From Eubacteriales bacterium (GTDB lineage Bacteria; Bacillota; Clostridia; Oscillospirales; CAG-272): DNA of 64,000 bases. Location of the stretch: positions 85,236-149,235 of the forward strand of contig JAZKYO010000030.1 in the NCBI GenBank assembly GCA_045612185.1. The letters are read 5' to 3'. The position numbers and the translations under genes are program-made. Below the pieces are notes generated by a model, which was not told the DNA's origin, searched no databases, and saw only the letters and a program-made list of their open reading frames with translations. How positions within the stretch are numbered: position 1 is the stretch's first letter; every line of letters begins with the position of its first letter. Shown in pieces: positions 1 through 9,545 of the stretch.

Positions 1-1005
1 CGCGTTAACGAAATATTCAAGAAACTTATCATACACGGCTTTATCTGTCATATCACGGCACTTTGCCTTAGGCGGATGTATTGTAAGTCCGTTTACACCA
101 AGCTTTTTAGCGTATTCAAGCGCTGAATGCCAAACGTCAACGCCCGAAAATTCGCCGTTTTCATACTTGATATCAGGCATGTGAAGCGACAGATAATTCC
201 CGCCCGAATCACGCCATTTTTTCACAAGAGAAACAGCTGAATAATCAATATCGCTTGCCTTCCTACACCGTATTTCAACATTTTTTACATCGTGTTCTAT
301 TGCGTAATCGATGTCTCGCAAATTATCCACACATGAGATTCCGAAATTTTCTCTCACGTCAAATAAAGCTTTCTCTCCAACGCCAAACAGCTGTTCACTA
401 AAAGAAATACTGTCGTCACTCACATCTACATACGTAATACACGGATAATCCCCTATTGACTTATCGGGGTCAAGAGCGCGCAATCCGTACACGCGGCTTT
501 TTCCCACGTTGTCGTCTATATAATAGTGAGCGTGCCCATGAAAAACCGTTAGGCTTTTTTGGGAAAGAAGCTCTTCAAAAAATTCTCTGCTGTCCTTATG
601 CAGACTTTTTACGTAATGATGCAAGAACACCACGTCGCCGTCCCGAAGTCCCGCAAGTCTTTCTCGGTCGTTTGTGTCTATATCACCATACGGAGTATTG
701 ATTCCGAGAAAGGTTCGGCTTCCCACCTTAAAACAAGGCTCGGTCTTTAAGGTCATTATCTCATTCAAGGTGTTTTCATCACGAACCTCGGAATTTCCGA
801 AAACGTAATAATGCTCTAAGCCATCTAATTCAGAAAGGTAATTTTCAAACGCCTCACCCTCACCGTATGACGTAATATCCCCAAGATTTACAAGCATATT
901 TATGCCGTCAAGCCTCAGTTTTTCAACTGCTCGTTTAAAAAATACGTATTGCGGAGATTTCTTGCTTACGGGCAAGTGCGTATCGCACAAAAAAGCTATT
1001 TTCAT
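1..1005 (-). CDS. Calcineurin-like metallophosphoesterase fused to a probable xylose-isomerase-like TIM-barrel domain (3' end runs off window)
   Basis: Not in ORF track. Manual translation from ATG at 1005 (ATGA overlap with the upstream stop): MKIAFLCDTH..NLGDIT..VFGNSE..FLHHY..FHGHAH, then KNVEIR..YLSLHMP..GLTIHPP; frame stays open to base 1. Confidence 0.8.
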   Translation of the reverse strand, partial: MKIAFLCDTHLPVSKKSPQYVFFKRAVEKLRLDGINMLVNLGDITSYGEGEAFENYLSELDGLEHYYVFGNSEVRDENTLNEIMTLKTEPCFKVGSRTFLGINTPYGDIDTNDRERLAGLRDGDVVFLHHYVKSLHKDSREFFEELLSQKSLTVFHGHAHYYIDDNVGKSRVYGLRALDPDKSIGDYPCITYVDVSDDSISFSEQLFGVGEKALFDVRENFGISCVDNLRDIDYAIEHDVKNVEIRCRKASDIDYSAVSLVKKWRDSGGNYLSLHMPDIKYENGEFSGVDVWHSALEYAKKLGVNGLTIHPPKAKCRDMTDKAVYDKFLEYFVNA

Positions 1006-1760
1006 ATTTCAACAGAATCTCCATCATTACATATAACCGCCTTGCCGCCAAAAAGCGCTTTTACTCTTTCCCTGCACTCATCGGTAGCGTTGAGAATTTC
1101 TCTGCCGTGGTGGTTATAGAATATGCGGTCTATGTTTTTTGTTTTCAAATATTCGTAAGTGTCGTCTATCATGTGATGGCCCGTTTCGCAGATAAGCGCG
1201 TCACAGTGCTCGCCTATCGCTTCGTCCATTTCGGAATAGGTCTTAACGTCGCCCGAATAGACTATACGCTTGCCCTCGCACTCAATAAGATAACTGAACG
1301 AACAGTCTGCCTTTGACATATGGGTATTTCTGTATGCGGAAACTTTAACCGTTCCGTCATCACAAACTACTCCGTCTGAAACAAGGTGCGCGTTTACAGG
1401 ATACTTTTCGCCTACTGCCGCGCTGTATTTGAGAATTTTGGACACGCCATCCCAAATTTCCATATCGGGAAGATACACATCAAATCCACCGTGTTTCGGC
1501 ATTTGCTTTGTTCTGCTTCTTAATTTTTCAACAAGCCATACAAGGTTTGAAAGTCCACCTATATGGTCTATATGGGGATGAGAAACAAAAATCGCTTTTA
1601 TTGACAGCGCATCAAGCCCTATAAGATGGGCTGTATGAGAGCATCCCTCGCCTGCGTCAAAGAAATATAATTTATCGCCAACCTCAAGGCACCACGAAGT
1701 ATGATTTCTGTCGGGCATGGGTTCTGTTCCCGAGCAAGTTCCCAAAAAATGTATTTTCAT
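1002..1760 (-). CDS. MBL-fold metallo-hydrolase (RNase Z-like)
   Basis: MKIHFLGT start with AAGGAG RBS; DAGEG, SHPHIDH and YSGD motifs. Confidence 0.85.
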   Translation of the reverse strand: MKIHFLGTCSGTEPMPDRNHTSWCLEVGDKLYFFDAGEGCSHTAHLIGLDALSIKAIFVSHPHIDHIGGLSNLVWLVEKLRSRTKQMPKHGGFDVYLPDMEIWDGVSKILKYSAAVGEKYPVNAHLVSDGVVCDDGTVKVSAYRNTHMSKADCSFSYLIECEGKRIVYSGDVKTYSEMDEAIGEHCDALICETGHHMIDDTYEYLKTKNIDRIFYNHHGREILNATDECRERVKALFGGKAVICNDGDSVEI

Positions 1761-1791
1761 TCCATTCTCCTTAATTGTATAGTTCACCGTA

Positions 1792-1820
1792 ATTATACCA
1801 CCTTTTTTTATAAAATTCAA
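1792..1820 (-). promoter_or_regulatory. SigA-type promoter for the MBL/metallophosphoesterase pair
   Basis: TTGAAT-17 bp-TATAAT with extended TG on the minus strand. Confidence 0.65.
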
Positions 1821-1825
1821 TAGAA

Positions 1826-1858
1826 ATCCCGAAAAGTTGATAATCAACTTTTCGGGAT
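1826..1858. terminator. Hairpin ending the Gfo/Idh/MocA triplet
   Basis: ATCCCGAAAAGTTGA-TAA-TCAACTTTTCGGGAT perfect inverted repeat just past the stop at 1865. Confidence 0.65.
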
Positions 1859-1864
1859 AGTTTT

Positions 1865-2989
1865 TTATCGCTTTACAAGCTCCTCAGCTCTTATCTCTCT
1901 GCCAAGCTCAGCCGAGCGGTAGAAGCACTCGATAGCCTTTGTAACCTCAATATTCTGATGCTTTTTGATAAGGTATTCTTCTTTCCCCGCAAGAGTATTG
2001 ATAATGTTTCTGTACATGTATCTGTGCTGCTCAAAGGGAACGCCCTTATACTGCCCGTTATCAAACCACTTCATTTCGCTTTCAGCCTGATATCTTCCGA
2101 TATTCTTATAGAGACGCTCTTTATTTACCGAAAGTCCGCCCTTGTCACCGCAAATCACCATATCAAGGTTGGTGGTGGGAAGATTTATAGCCCACGAGAA
2201 CTTGAAGTTGACGCTCATTCCGCCCTCAAGACGCATAAATCCCGTGGCAAAATCCTCAACATTAAATTCGTTGTAGTCATAGGGGCGAGGGGTAAACGTT
2301 CCGTCGTACGCGCCGCTTTCGGCGATGCTGAGAAGAACGTCCTTGCCTTGATTTGCAATTTTTGTATAAGCGTTACCCGAAACAGCCTCAACCTTTTTGT
2401 CACCGACTATCCAGAGAAGCGAGTCGATAAGGTGAACTCCAAGATCGCAGAAGGGGCCACCGAAATTGTGTTCCTTCATGTGGAACATTCCCCACGTGGG
2501 AACGCCTATTCTTCTGATGAACTCGATATCAGAAAAATAAATCTCACCAAGCTCACCTGAGGAAACCAGTTCCTTGGATTGTTGCATATAGTTTCTCCAT
2601 CTCATACACTGACACGGAAAAAGCATCTTTCCGCATTCTTTAGCGGTTGCCCACATTTCCTCGGCGTCGGCAACGGTAAGCGCAATCGGCTTTTCGCAAG
2701 CTACGTGAGCTCCCGCCTTAAGCGCTTTAATCGTCCATTCCTTATGGTACATATTCGGGGTACACACAGCGACAAAATCGGGATGAAGCTCGTCAAGCAT
2801 CTTTTGGGGATCTGTATACCAATTGGGCACGTCGTGGCGCGCGGCGGTTTCTCTGGCGGCCACCTCACGGATATCGGCAACGCCAACCACCTCTACCAAG
2901 CCCTCTTTTCTAAGAATATTAAGCGCGGGAAAGTGAGCACTGTTTGCTATCATTCCCGTTCCTATAACTGCAACTCTCAATTTGTTCAT
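1865..2989 (-). CDS. Gfo/Idh/MocA family oxidoreductase
   Basis: IGTGMIA Rossmann motif, CEKP, GGPFCDLGVH. Confidence 0.9.
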   Translation of the reverse strand: MNKLRVAVIGTGMIANSAHFPALNILRKEGLVEVVGVADIREVAARETAARHDVPNWYTDPQKMLDELHPDFVAVCTPNMYHKEWTIKALKAGAHVACEKPIALTVADAEEMWATAKECGKMLFPCQCMRWRNYMQQSKELVSSGELGEIYFSDIEFIRRIGVPTWGMFHMKEHNFGGPFCDLGVHLIDSLLWIVGDKKVEAVSGNAYTKIANQGKDVLLSIAESGAYDGTFTPRPYDYNEFNVEDFATGFMRLEGGMSVNFKFSWAINLPTTNLDMVICGDKGGLSVNKERLYKNIGRYQAESEMKWFDNGQYKGVPFEQHRYMYRNIINTLAGKEEYLIKKHQNIEVTKAIECFYRSAELGREIRAEELVKR

Positions 2990-3010
2990 AACATTATTCT
3001 CCTTATTTGA

Positions 3011-4090
3011 TTATTCAACGTCGGCGGTGATTCCCTGCTCCGCAGATTTTCTGCCCGCGTCAAGTGCGGCGCAAACCGCAAGGTTAATATCTACTCCAAG
3101 CAGAGGATTAAGTTCGGCTTTGCCTCGAAGGAAGTCGATAATATTTCTTCCAAGATCACCTTTGAACTCGGTCATATCGGCACATTCGATAACCTCGACG
3201 GGGGGTTTGGGCGCGTGCGTATTACCTTCATATATTTTTACAACGGTTGAGTGTCTATCACACACGATGACACCGTCCATACCATAAATAATGGGGCCTG
3301 ACGGAATTTCGGCGGGATTATACGACGACCAAGAGCCTTCAAGAAGCCCTACGCCGTCTCCAAAATCGAGGATCATTGCACTGTAATCCTCCACAGAAGT
3401 GCCTGCAACACCAAACTGCTTAGCTATACCGCTGACCTTCTTTGCCTTTTTACCAAAGAAGTGGGTAGCAAGTATAGTGCCGTAGCAAGCGTAATCCAAG
3501 ATGGAGCCGCCCCCGCACTCTTTTCTATACCACCAAGTTTTATTAAGCCATTCTATCGGAGGGATTACACCTTCTTTTCCATAAGAATACGGTCCCCAAG
3601 TAGCGGGGCTACGATAAACGACTCTCATTATTTTACCAACTCTGCCTTCGTCGGCAAGCTTTTTGGCATAATTGAAGGCGGGAAACCAAGCAATAGGCCA
3701 ATTGGTAATAATATGAGCTCCGTTTTTCTCGGCGGCATCCGCCATTCTCTTGGCATCAGCGTAATTTATAGCCATAGGCTTTTCGTTAATTACCGAAATT
3801 CCCTTTTCAAGTATCTCGCAAGAAACGTCCGCGCAAACCGAATTTTCGGTTGCCACTACGGCAACGTCGGGAGAAAGGGCGAGAAGCTCGCGCCAATCAT
3901 CGTATTTTTTAAGATCATCAGCTTGCTTACCTATATTTTTGTATCTCTCCTCAAAAGGCTGATCGTCATACGGGCCAACGTCGGCATAACCTAAAATTTC
4001 AACCTCGTCGGGAAAATTCTTAAACGCTTTTGTAAGCTGAGCCGCATGGGGGTGCGCCAAGCCGAATATAGCAACTTTCAATTTTTCCAT
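3011..4090 (-). CDS. Gfo/Idh/MocA family oxidoreductase
   Basis: NEKPMA, GGGSILDYACY; start moved to MEKLK (GGGAG RBS). Confidence 0.88.
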   Translation of the reverse strand: MEKLKVAIFGLAHPHAAQLTKAFKNFPDEVEILGYADVGPYDDQPFEERYKNIGKQADDLKKYDDWRELLALSPDVAVVATENSVCADVSCEILEKGISVINEKPMAINYADAKRMADAAEKNGAHIITNWPIAWFPAFNYAKKLADEGRVGKIMRVVYRSPATWGPYSYGKEGVIPPIEWLNKTWWYRKECGGGSILDYACYGTILATHFFGKKAKKVSGIAKQFGVAGTSVEDYSAMILDFGDGVGLLEGSWSSYNPAEIPSGPIIYGMDGVIVCDRHSTVVKIYEGNTHAPKPPVEVIECADMTEFKGDLGRNIIDFLRGKAELNPLLGVDINLAVCAALDAGRKSAEQGITADVE

Positions 4091-4114
4091 AGTATCATTC
4101 TCCCATATCACACG

Positions 4115-5206
4115 TTAAAAAGTCGTTTCAAGATTTATTCTGCAACCACTCTCGATAGCCTCGGGAATTTTGCACATAATTTCAAGAACGTGACGGGCGT
4201 GCTCGGGCGAAAGAATCGGCTCACTTCCATTTTCTATTGCTTTAACAAGGTCACCGAGACAGCAGCACTGACTATTGAGTTTCTTGGGCGGATCGACCCA
4301 ACACATGGGCTTCATCCAACCTCTGATTCCCCTTTCGGGAGCATCAATATACACGTCGGGAATAGGGTTAGTCATATAAGGCTCGGTAAAGGAAATTGTG
4401 CCTTGGTCTCCGAAAATTTCCATAAGCGGTGACTTGGTATTCTTCATGGAAAAGCCCGATTCGACAAGTGCCATTTTGCCATCTCCGTAATCGAGAGTAA
4501 TAACGTAATGGTCCGGAATCATATCGGCTTTTATTTTCTTGCCGTCAAATTTTCCGGAGCGGACTTCACGCACAGGTGTAGTTACTTTAGCCATACATGA
4601 AAAGGCCTTTGCGGGACCAAATATGCTGGTTACTATCTGCAATCCGTGAACGCCCATATCTACAAGCGCACCTGCGCCCGGCTCAAAGAACCATGACGGG
4701 TCAGCGTCTCTGTACTGAAAATACTCGGGACCGCCATGCGACATATTACATTTAATATAGTAGGGATTTCCTATACCGCCGTCACGCATAATTTGCTTTG
4801 CGATATTAAGGTCGTAGCGCATTGGGTGAATAGGCGCGCAGACCATTTTTACGCCCATTTTTTTGGCAAGCTCAATCTGTTCGGTAAGCTGTTCAACAGT
4901 CGGCGCCGCAGGCTTTTGTGTAACAAGATGCTTGCCTGCCGCAAGAATCGCCATATTTATTTCATGATGAGCTTGAATTGAAGCGGCGTCTATCGCAACA
5001 TCAAAGTCGCACTTCTCTAATAATTCATACACATCTTTATATGCGTTTGGAATGTTATACACTCTGCACGCTTCTTTTGCGCGTTCAATTACAATATCAA
5101 CAGCGGCAACACACTCGGCATTTGCCTCCTTGGAAATGTTTTTAAAATACTGGGCATTAGCAAACATTCCGCAGCCAATAACCGCTACTTTCCATTTTTT
5201 AGCCAT
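4115..5206 (-). CDS. Gfo/Idh/MocA family oxidoreductase
   Basis: IGCGMFA, TQKP, GALVDMGVH. Confidence 0.9.
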   Translation of the reverse strand: MAKKWKVAVIGCGMFANAQYFKNISKEANAECVAAVDIVIERAKEACRVYNIPNAYKDVYELLEKCDFDVAIDAASIQAHHEINMAILAAGKHLVTQKPAAPTVEQLTEQIELAKKMGVKMVCAPIHPMRYDLNIAKQIMRDGGIGNPYYIKCNMSHGGPEYFQYRDADPSWFFEPGAGALVDMGVHGLQIVTSIFGPAKAFSCMAKVTTPVREVRSGKFDGKKIKADMIPDHYVITLDYGDGKMALVESGFSMKNTKSPLMEIFGDQGTISFTEPYMTNPIPDVYIDAPERGIRGWMKPMCWVDPPKKLNSQCCCLGDLVKAIENGSEPILSPEHARHVLEIMCKIPEAIESGCRINLETTF

Positions 5207-5329
5207 ATTTCCTCCGTTTATTTAGGAATAATATTCCCTTTTCTATTTACAATTCTATCACATTGTGGTATAATTTTAAATACATCTTATACTCATAAAT
5301 ATGGATTATATTAACATTTCGGGGGGATT

Positions 5330-6262
5330 ATGCTTTACAGATTTAATCTTTTATCAATTCCGATAATCAAAGCAGCCTATACTGTGGTAAGAAAAACCGT
5401 GTGGGATATTTCGGATTCGCAAAATATTCTCATATATATAAAAGAAGGCAGTTGTCTTATAACCATGGAGGGCACGCAACACATTTTGAACCGAGGTGAC
5501 GTAATATTCATTCCCGGCGGTCACCATTACCGACGCGAGCCTATAAACAACGAAATGTGCACGTTATGCTATATACATTTTATTTTGCAAAACGAACTTA
5601 AGGAGTGCGAGCTTGACGAGGCAAGAAATAACCTGACCGCCATACACGATCAGGCTTTAAATAACGTAATTGCCAACAGAGACGATTTCAGCGCTCCCGA
5701 TTTTACCGTATATATCCCCGCAACACTTTCTGTGGGAAACGACGGCGAAAATTTGCCGAAGCTTTTTGAAGAAGCACAAAACAGCCTTAGAAAAGATGCG
5801 CTTTCCCGAAGCATAACAGCCTCGCTTCACCTTTGCAGGCTACTTACGAGGCTGTCTAATATTTGTATAAAGCAAATTCTCAACGGAAACGATAAAATTG
5901 AGGTTCCGTTGTCAATAAAGCTAAGGAAAGCAATTATTTACATTCAATCTCACATAAGCGAGCCCATTTCGCTTGATACACTAAGCAATATATGCCATAT
6001 TTCCAAGCAACAGTTAATCAGATATTTCAAAGCCGAGCTTGGAACCACTCCCATTGCTTACATAAATAAGATGAAGGTAAGCAGAACAAAGGAATATCTG
6101 CAACGACACCCCGAAATACCGATAAACGAGGTATGCGCCGAGCTTGGATTTGAAGACCCGCTTTATTTCTCACGTCTTTTCAAAAAGATTTACGGTGAAT
6201 CACCCAGCAAATACAGACAAAGAGTAAGAAATTACAAGCCGCCTAAAGAAGATAAACCTTAA
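5330..6262 (+). CDS. AraC family transcriptional regulator, divergent from the Gfo triplet
   Basis: Cupin-like N-terminus; C-terminal double HTH (ELGFEDPLYFSRLFKK). Confidence 0.92.
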   Translation: MLYRFNLLSIPIIKAAYTVVRKTVWDISDSQNILIYIKEGSCLITMEGTQHILNRGDVIFIPGGHHYRREPINNEMCTLCYIHFILQNELKECELDEARNNLTAIHDQALNNVIANRDDFSAPDFTVYIPATLSVGNDGENLPKLFEEAQNSLRKDALSRSITASLHLCRLLTRLSNICIKQILNGNDKIEVPLSIKLRKAIIYIQSHISEPISLDTLSNICHISKQQLIRYFKAELGTTPIAYINKMKVSRTKEYLQRHPEIPINEVCAELGFEDPLYFSRLFKKIYGESPSKYRQRVRNYKPPKEDKP

Positions 6263-7103
6263 TATCCTCTTTCTTTTTGGAAATTTCGGGCTTTGGCTTT
6301 TCCGTCTTGGCTTTGACAGGCTTCTTTTTCGCCGTTTCGGCTGGCTTTTCCTCGCGCGTATCGACGGTAATTCTTTCGCCACCGCGGAATTCTGTTGGGG
6401 ATACGCCTACGTGTTTTTTGAAAAGCTTTGAAAAACCGAGCGCATCCGAATAACCTACGGAAATCGCAACCTCACTTACCGGCAGTGTTCTATCCAAAAG
6501 CAAGAGCTTTGCTTTTTCAATTCTAACCGCGGTAAGATATTCTTTTGTCGAGACCCCCATGCGGGCGAAGAACAGATTGCGCAAATACTTTCTGTCGGCA
6601 CCGATACTCTCAGCAATTTCTTCGATCTTAAGTGGTTTGCAATAGTTGTCGTCTATGTATCTTTTAGCCATATCTACATAGTCGGTTATTTCTACCGAAT
6701 ATTCTGCTTTCTCAAAATTAAGCATAGAAAACAGCATTTCCGCCACTCCTTCGGAAAAGCGAATGTTGGAATACAAATCCTCTTTTTCAGAATCAAGAGC
6801 CTTAATTATTTTTCCCAACAGTTCAATATTATCACATGAAAAGATTGTTGAGCCGTATTCAGCGTCGATATCGCGAAAGTCAAGCCACACAAAGCTTCCG
6901 CCACCGTCAAGTTCAACATTTTCGTTGTAATTGCAGACAAAGCCCTCGCCTCTTTCAAAAAACACTTTTTCCGTATTCTTATTAATAACTTTACCGTCTG
7001 TCACACATATCATTCTGACGGTTGATTTACTGTCAATCGGCTTATCGAACTCATTTTTATTCATCGACACGCCCACATTCATTATTCTCATCACAGACAC
7101 CAC
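6243..7103 (-). CDS. AraC family transcriptional regulator with Lys-rich tail
   Basis: SVGYSDALGFSKLFKK HTH; exact start uncertain by a few codons. Confidence 0.88.
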   Translation of the reverse strand: MVSVMRIMNVGVSMNKNEFDKPIDSKSTVRMICVTDGKVINKNTEKVFFERGEGFVCNYNENVELDGGGSFVWLDFRDIDAEYGSTIFSCDNIELLGKIIKALDSEKEDLYSNIRFSEGVAEMLFSMLNFEKAEYSVEITDYVDMAKRYIDDNYCKPLKIEEIAESIGADRKYLRNLFFARMGVSTKEYLTAVRIEKAKLLLLDRTLPVSEVAISVGYSDALGFSKLFKKHVGVSPTEFRGGERITVDTREEKPAETAKKKPVKAKTEKPKPEISKKKEDIKVYLL

Positions 7104-7114
7104 CTTTGAGTATC

Positions 7115-7144
7115 ATTATACCATACCAACATTTGATTTGTCAA
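7115..7144 (-). promoter_or_regulatory. SigA-type promoter
   Basis: TTGACA-18 bp-TATAAT with extended TG. Confidence 0.65.
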
Positions 7145-7154
7145 CAGCATATTT

Positions 7155-7183
7155 AAAAAACGCGCCTTAAAGGCGCGTTTTTT
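7155..7183 (-). terminator. Intrinsic terminator after the GT2 gene
   Basis: AAAAAACGCGCCTT-A-AAGGCGCGTTTTTT. Confidence 0.8.
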
Positions 7184-7895
7184 AAAGTTCAAGCTTTGAT
7201 ATTCTTTTTTTCATTTTCGAAAGGTCGCGAAGCATTTTAAAGGAATCACGCAGTACACTTACCTTTGAGTCTCCGTGATTTATCACCTTAACCGGAATTT
7301 CTTTTACTATATATCCGCATTTTTCGGCTATAAGAATAGCCTCAAAATCAAAAGCGAAACGATTTACAACACAATGAGAAAAAATTTTTTTAGCCGCTTC
7401 GCCACGAAATGCTTTGCAACCGCACTGCGAATCTGATATTTTCAAGCCGCCAACTATCTTCAAAACTTTAAGATAGGTTTTAGACGCCAGCTTTCTTAGC
7501 AAGGTATACCCCTCGTATCCGTCCTTTCCGATATTTCGAGAGCCCACCACCAGGTCACAATCGGGATTTTCAGCAAAAGCATTCGCCACTCTCTTAATCA
7601 CGTCTGTACCGTAAGCCAAGTCGGAGTCAGTAAACATTACCGCGTCACCGGTTGACGCCAACATTGCCTCCCTGACCGCGCTACCCTTACCTCGGTTATC
7701 CGAATAACCAATAACACGCACATTAGGAAGTTCAAGAGCTTTTACGATGTCGGCAGAGCCGTCAGCACTTCCGTCATCGGAAAATATTATTTCATAATCG
7801 TCAAAGTTTTCCGCCATATACTGCGAAAGCGTTTTTGCGGTATCGGCTATTATTTTTGACTCGTTATACATTGGTATACATACTGTAAATTTCAT
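7182..7895 (-). CDS. GT2 glycosyltransferase (polyprenol-phosphate glycosyltransferase-like)
   Basis: IPMYNE, DDGSAD, NRGKG, DSD, DSQCG, FAFDFE. Confidence 0.9.
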   Translation of the reverse strand: MKFTVCIPMYNESKIIADTAKTLSQYMAENFDDYEIIFSDDGSADGSADIVKALELPNVRVIGYSDNRGKGSAVREAMLASTGDAVMFTDSDLAYGTDVIKRVANAFAENPDCDLVVGSRNIGKDGYEGYTLLRKLASKTYLKVLKIVGGLKISDSQCGCKAFRGEAAKKIFSHCVVNRFAFDFEAILIAEKCGYIVKEIPVKVINHGDSKVSVLRDSFKMLRDLSKMKKRISKLEL

Positions 7896-7900
7896 ACTGC

Positions 7901-8734
7901 CTAATCCTTGCGAAATACTTTAATTTTCACTTCTATCTCGGTTGTCAATGCGTTAAGCGACAACAGCTTTTTCAAATCGTTTTCGTTTGTTCTGTAATAA
8001 TACGGTGTCATTGAAAATAACGCTGATATAAGTCCTTTATCTTCGAGCGAAAGCTTATAAGAAACCACTCTCTCATCTACAAGAGCCATGCCTTTTGGCA
8101 TATCCTCGCGCTCGGTGTTCTTGTAAGCGGTGTCATATACTGCTTTTTTAAGTCCCAAAAGATGATTTTCTCCCGCACCAGCTGTTATAAGAACGCCGCC
8201 TTTTTTCAAGATTCTTGAATATTCTTCCTCTACGCAAGGCGCGAAAATATTAACTACCGCGTCAGCTGCACCATCCTTTATAGGCATTGCAAAAACGCTT
8301 CCGACACCGAAAAAGCTATTTGAAACGCCATTTCGACGCGCGGACTTTGCGGCGTATTCCACTGCAAATTTTGAGAGATCAAATCCCAACACTTCTCCGC
8401 TAAAGCTCTTGGCTATATTATTGGTATAATATCCCTCTCCGCATCCCGCGTCGACCACAATTCCCTCGTTACAATATTGGTTTACGATATCGGTGATTTT
8501 CGTACAAATCGGCTTATAGCTGTCACTCTCAAGAAATCTTGTTCGAGAGCGAACGGCTTCTTTTGAGTCACCCGAACCGCTTTGCGAGGGTGGGGCAAAA
8601 TTCACATATCCACTTGACGAAAGGTCAAAGCAATGCCTTTTTCGCTCTCCGCCGCACACAAGGCTTTTAGCATCCGATGTCAAATACATATCCGCTCCGC
8701 AGTGCGGACACACAAAGCTGTCAAAACTAATCAT
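7901..8734 (-). CDS. rlmA: RlmA-type 23S rRNA m1G methyltransferase
   Basis: N-terminal CPHC..C..H Zn finger, GYVN, DAGCGEGYY, MTPYY. Confidence 0.8.
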   Translation of the reverse strand: MISFDSFVCPHCGADMYLTSDAKSLVCGGERKRHCFDLSSSGYVNFAPPSQSGSGDSKEAVRSRTRFLESDSYKPICTKITDIVNQYCNEGIVVDAGCGEGYYTNNIAKSFSGEVLGFDLSKFAVEYAAKSARRNGVSNSFFGVGSVFAMPIKDGAADAVVNIFAPCVEEEYSRILKKGGVLITAGAGENHLLGLKKAVYDTAYKNTEREDMPKGMALVDERVVSYKLSLEDKGLISALFSMTPYYYRTNENDLKKLLSLNALTTEIEVKIKVFRKD

Positions 8735-9540
8735 TCGCCACCCTCCGCGTGAATATTGATATACGACTCCGTAAGCATTGCCTGGTAGATATATCTGTCA
8801 TTTTTTGTAGTGAGCGAGTTTACACAGGTTGCAAAGGTAATAATACCGGAATCCGCACCATATTCCAAATCGTTCAGGTAATAATAGGCTTTTGACTCAA
8901 CCTCCGCGATTATGTCATCGCAAAAGCTTACAAAGCTTTCACCACTTGAAAAATTGCATCTGCTAAACGGATAACCCGCCCAACAGCGGTAAAGCACCCA
9001 CGGCTCATAGACAAAAGCGCTGTCCTCGGTAACGTATTCCACCACAGCCCCGTCAAAAAGATTTTTATCCATAAAGAATTTTTCGACCTTATGGAACATT
9101 GAGCCGTCATTCATGTTATGTCCGTAAAGCACTGTGTTTTTTGCCTTAAGCGGGTCTGTATCGGCTCTGCAATCGAGAAAAACCGAGCCGCTGCTATTTT
9201 CCTCTCCGTTAATAAGGTGGTCCAGATAATAGTCGTTATTGTCAGTCTGCACCACGGGGTAGCTTATGCCCAACGTGGGAACGTTGACGTATCCCACCAC
9301 GTCAGGATAGCTCGCTTTAAGTTCCGAAACATATTTAGAAAGCTCTACCAGGCGCGCGGGCACTTCTCCCTTGTCGTTCTCTTCACTCACATTATCCACG
9401 CTGTCACTGATTTTATCGTAAAAGTTATCTGCTTCCGCATAACCGATTATTATTTTAACAAGCATAGCCGCACTAACGAGAAAGACCGCGATACATACTG
9501 CGAGCAAGGCTATTCTGAATATTCTGAAAGCTTTTTTCAT
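8731..9540 (-). CDS. Class B sortase
   Basis: N-terminal TM anchor; YPVVQTDNNDYYL, YGHNMNDGSMF, TFATC catalytic Cys. Confidence 0.88.
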   Translation of the reverse strand: MKKAFRIFRIALLAVCIAVFLVSAAMLVKIIIGYAEADNFYDKISDSVDNVSEENDKGEVPARLVELSKYVSELKASYPDVVGYVNVPTLGISYPVVQTDNNDYYLDHLINGEENSSGSVFLDCRADTDPLKAKNTVLYGHNMNDGSMFHKVEKFFMDKNLFDGAVVEYVTEDSAFVYEPWVLYRCWAGYPFSRCNFSSGESFVSFCDDIIAEVESKAYYYLNDLEYGADSGIITFATCVNSLTTKNDRYIYQAMLTESYINIHAEGGE

Positions 9541-9545
9541 TTATC

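Noticed and set aside
456..750. Two short plus-strand ORFs
   Set aside because: Antisense to the truncated metallophosphoesterase gene
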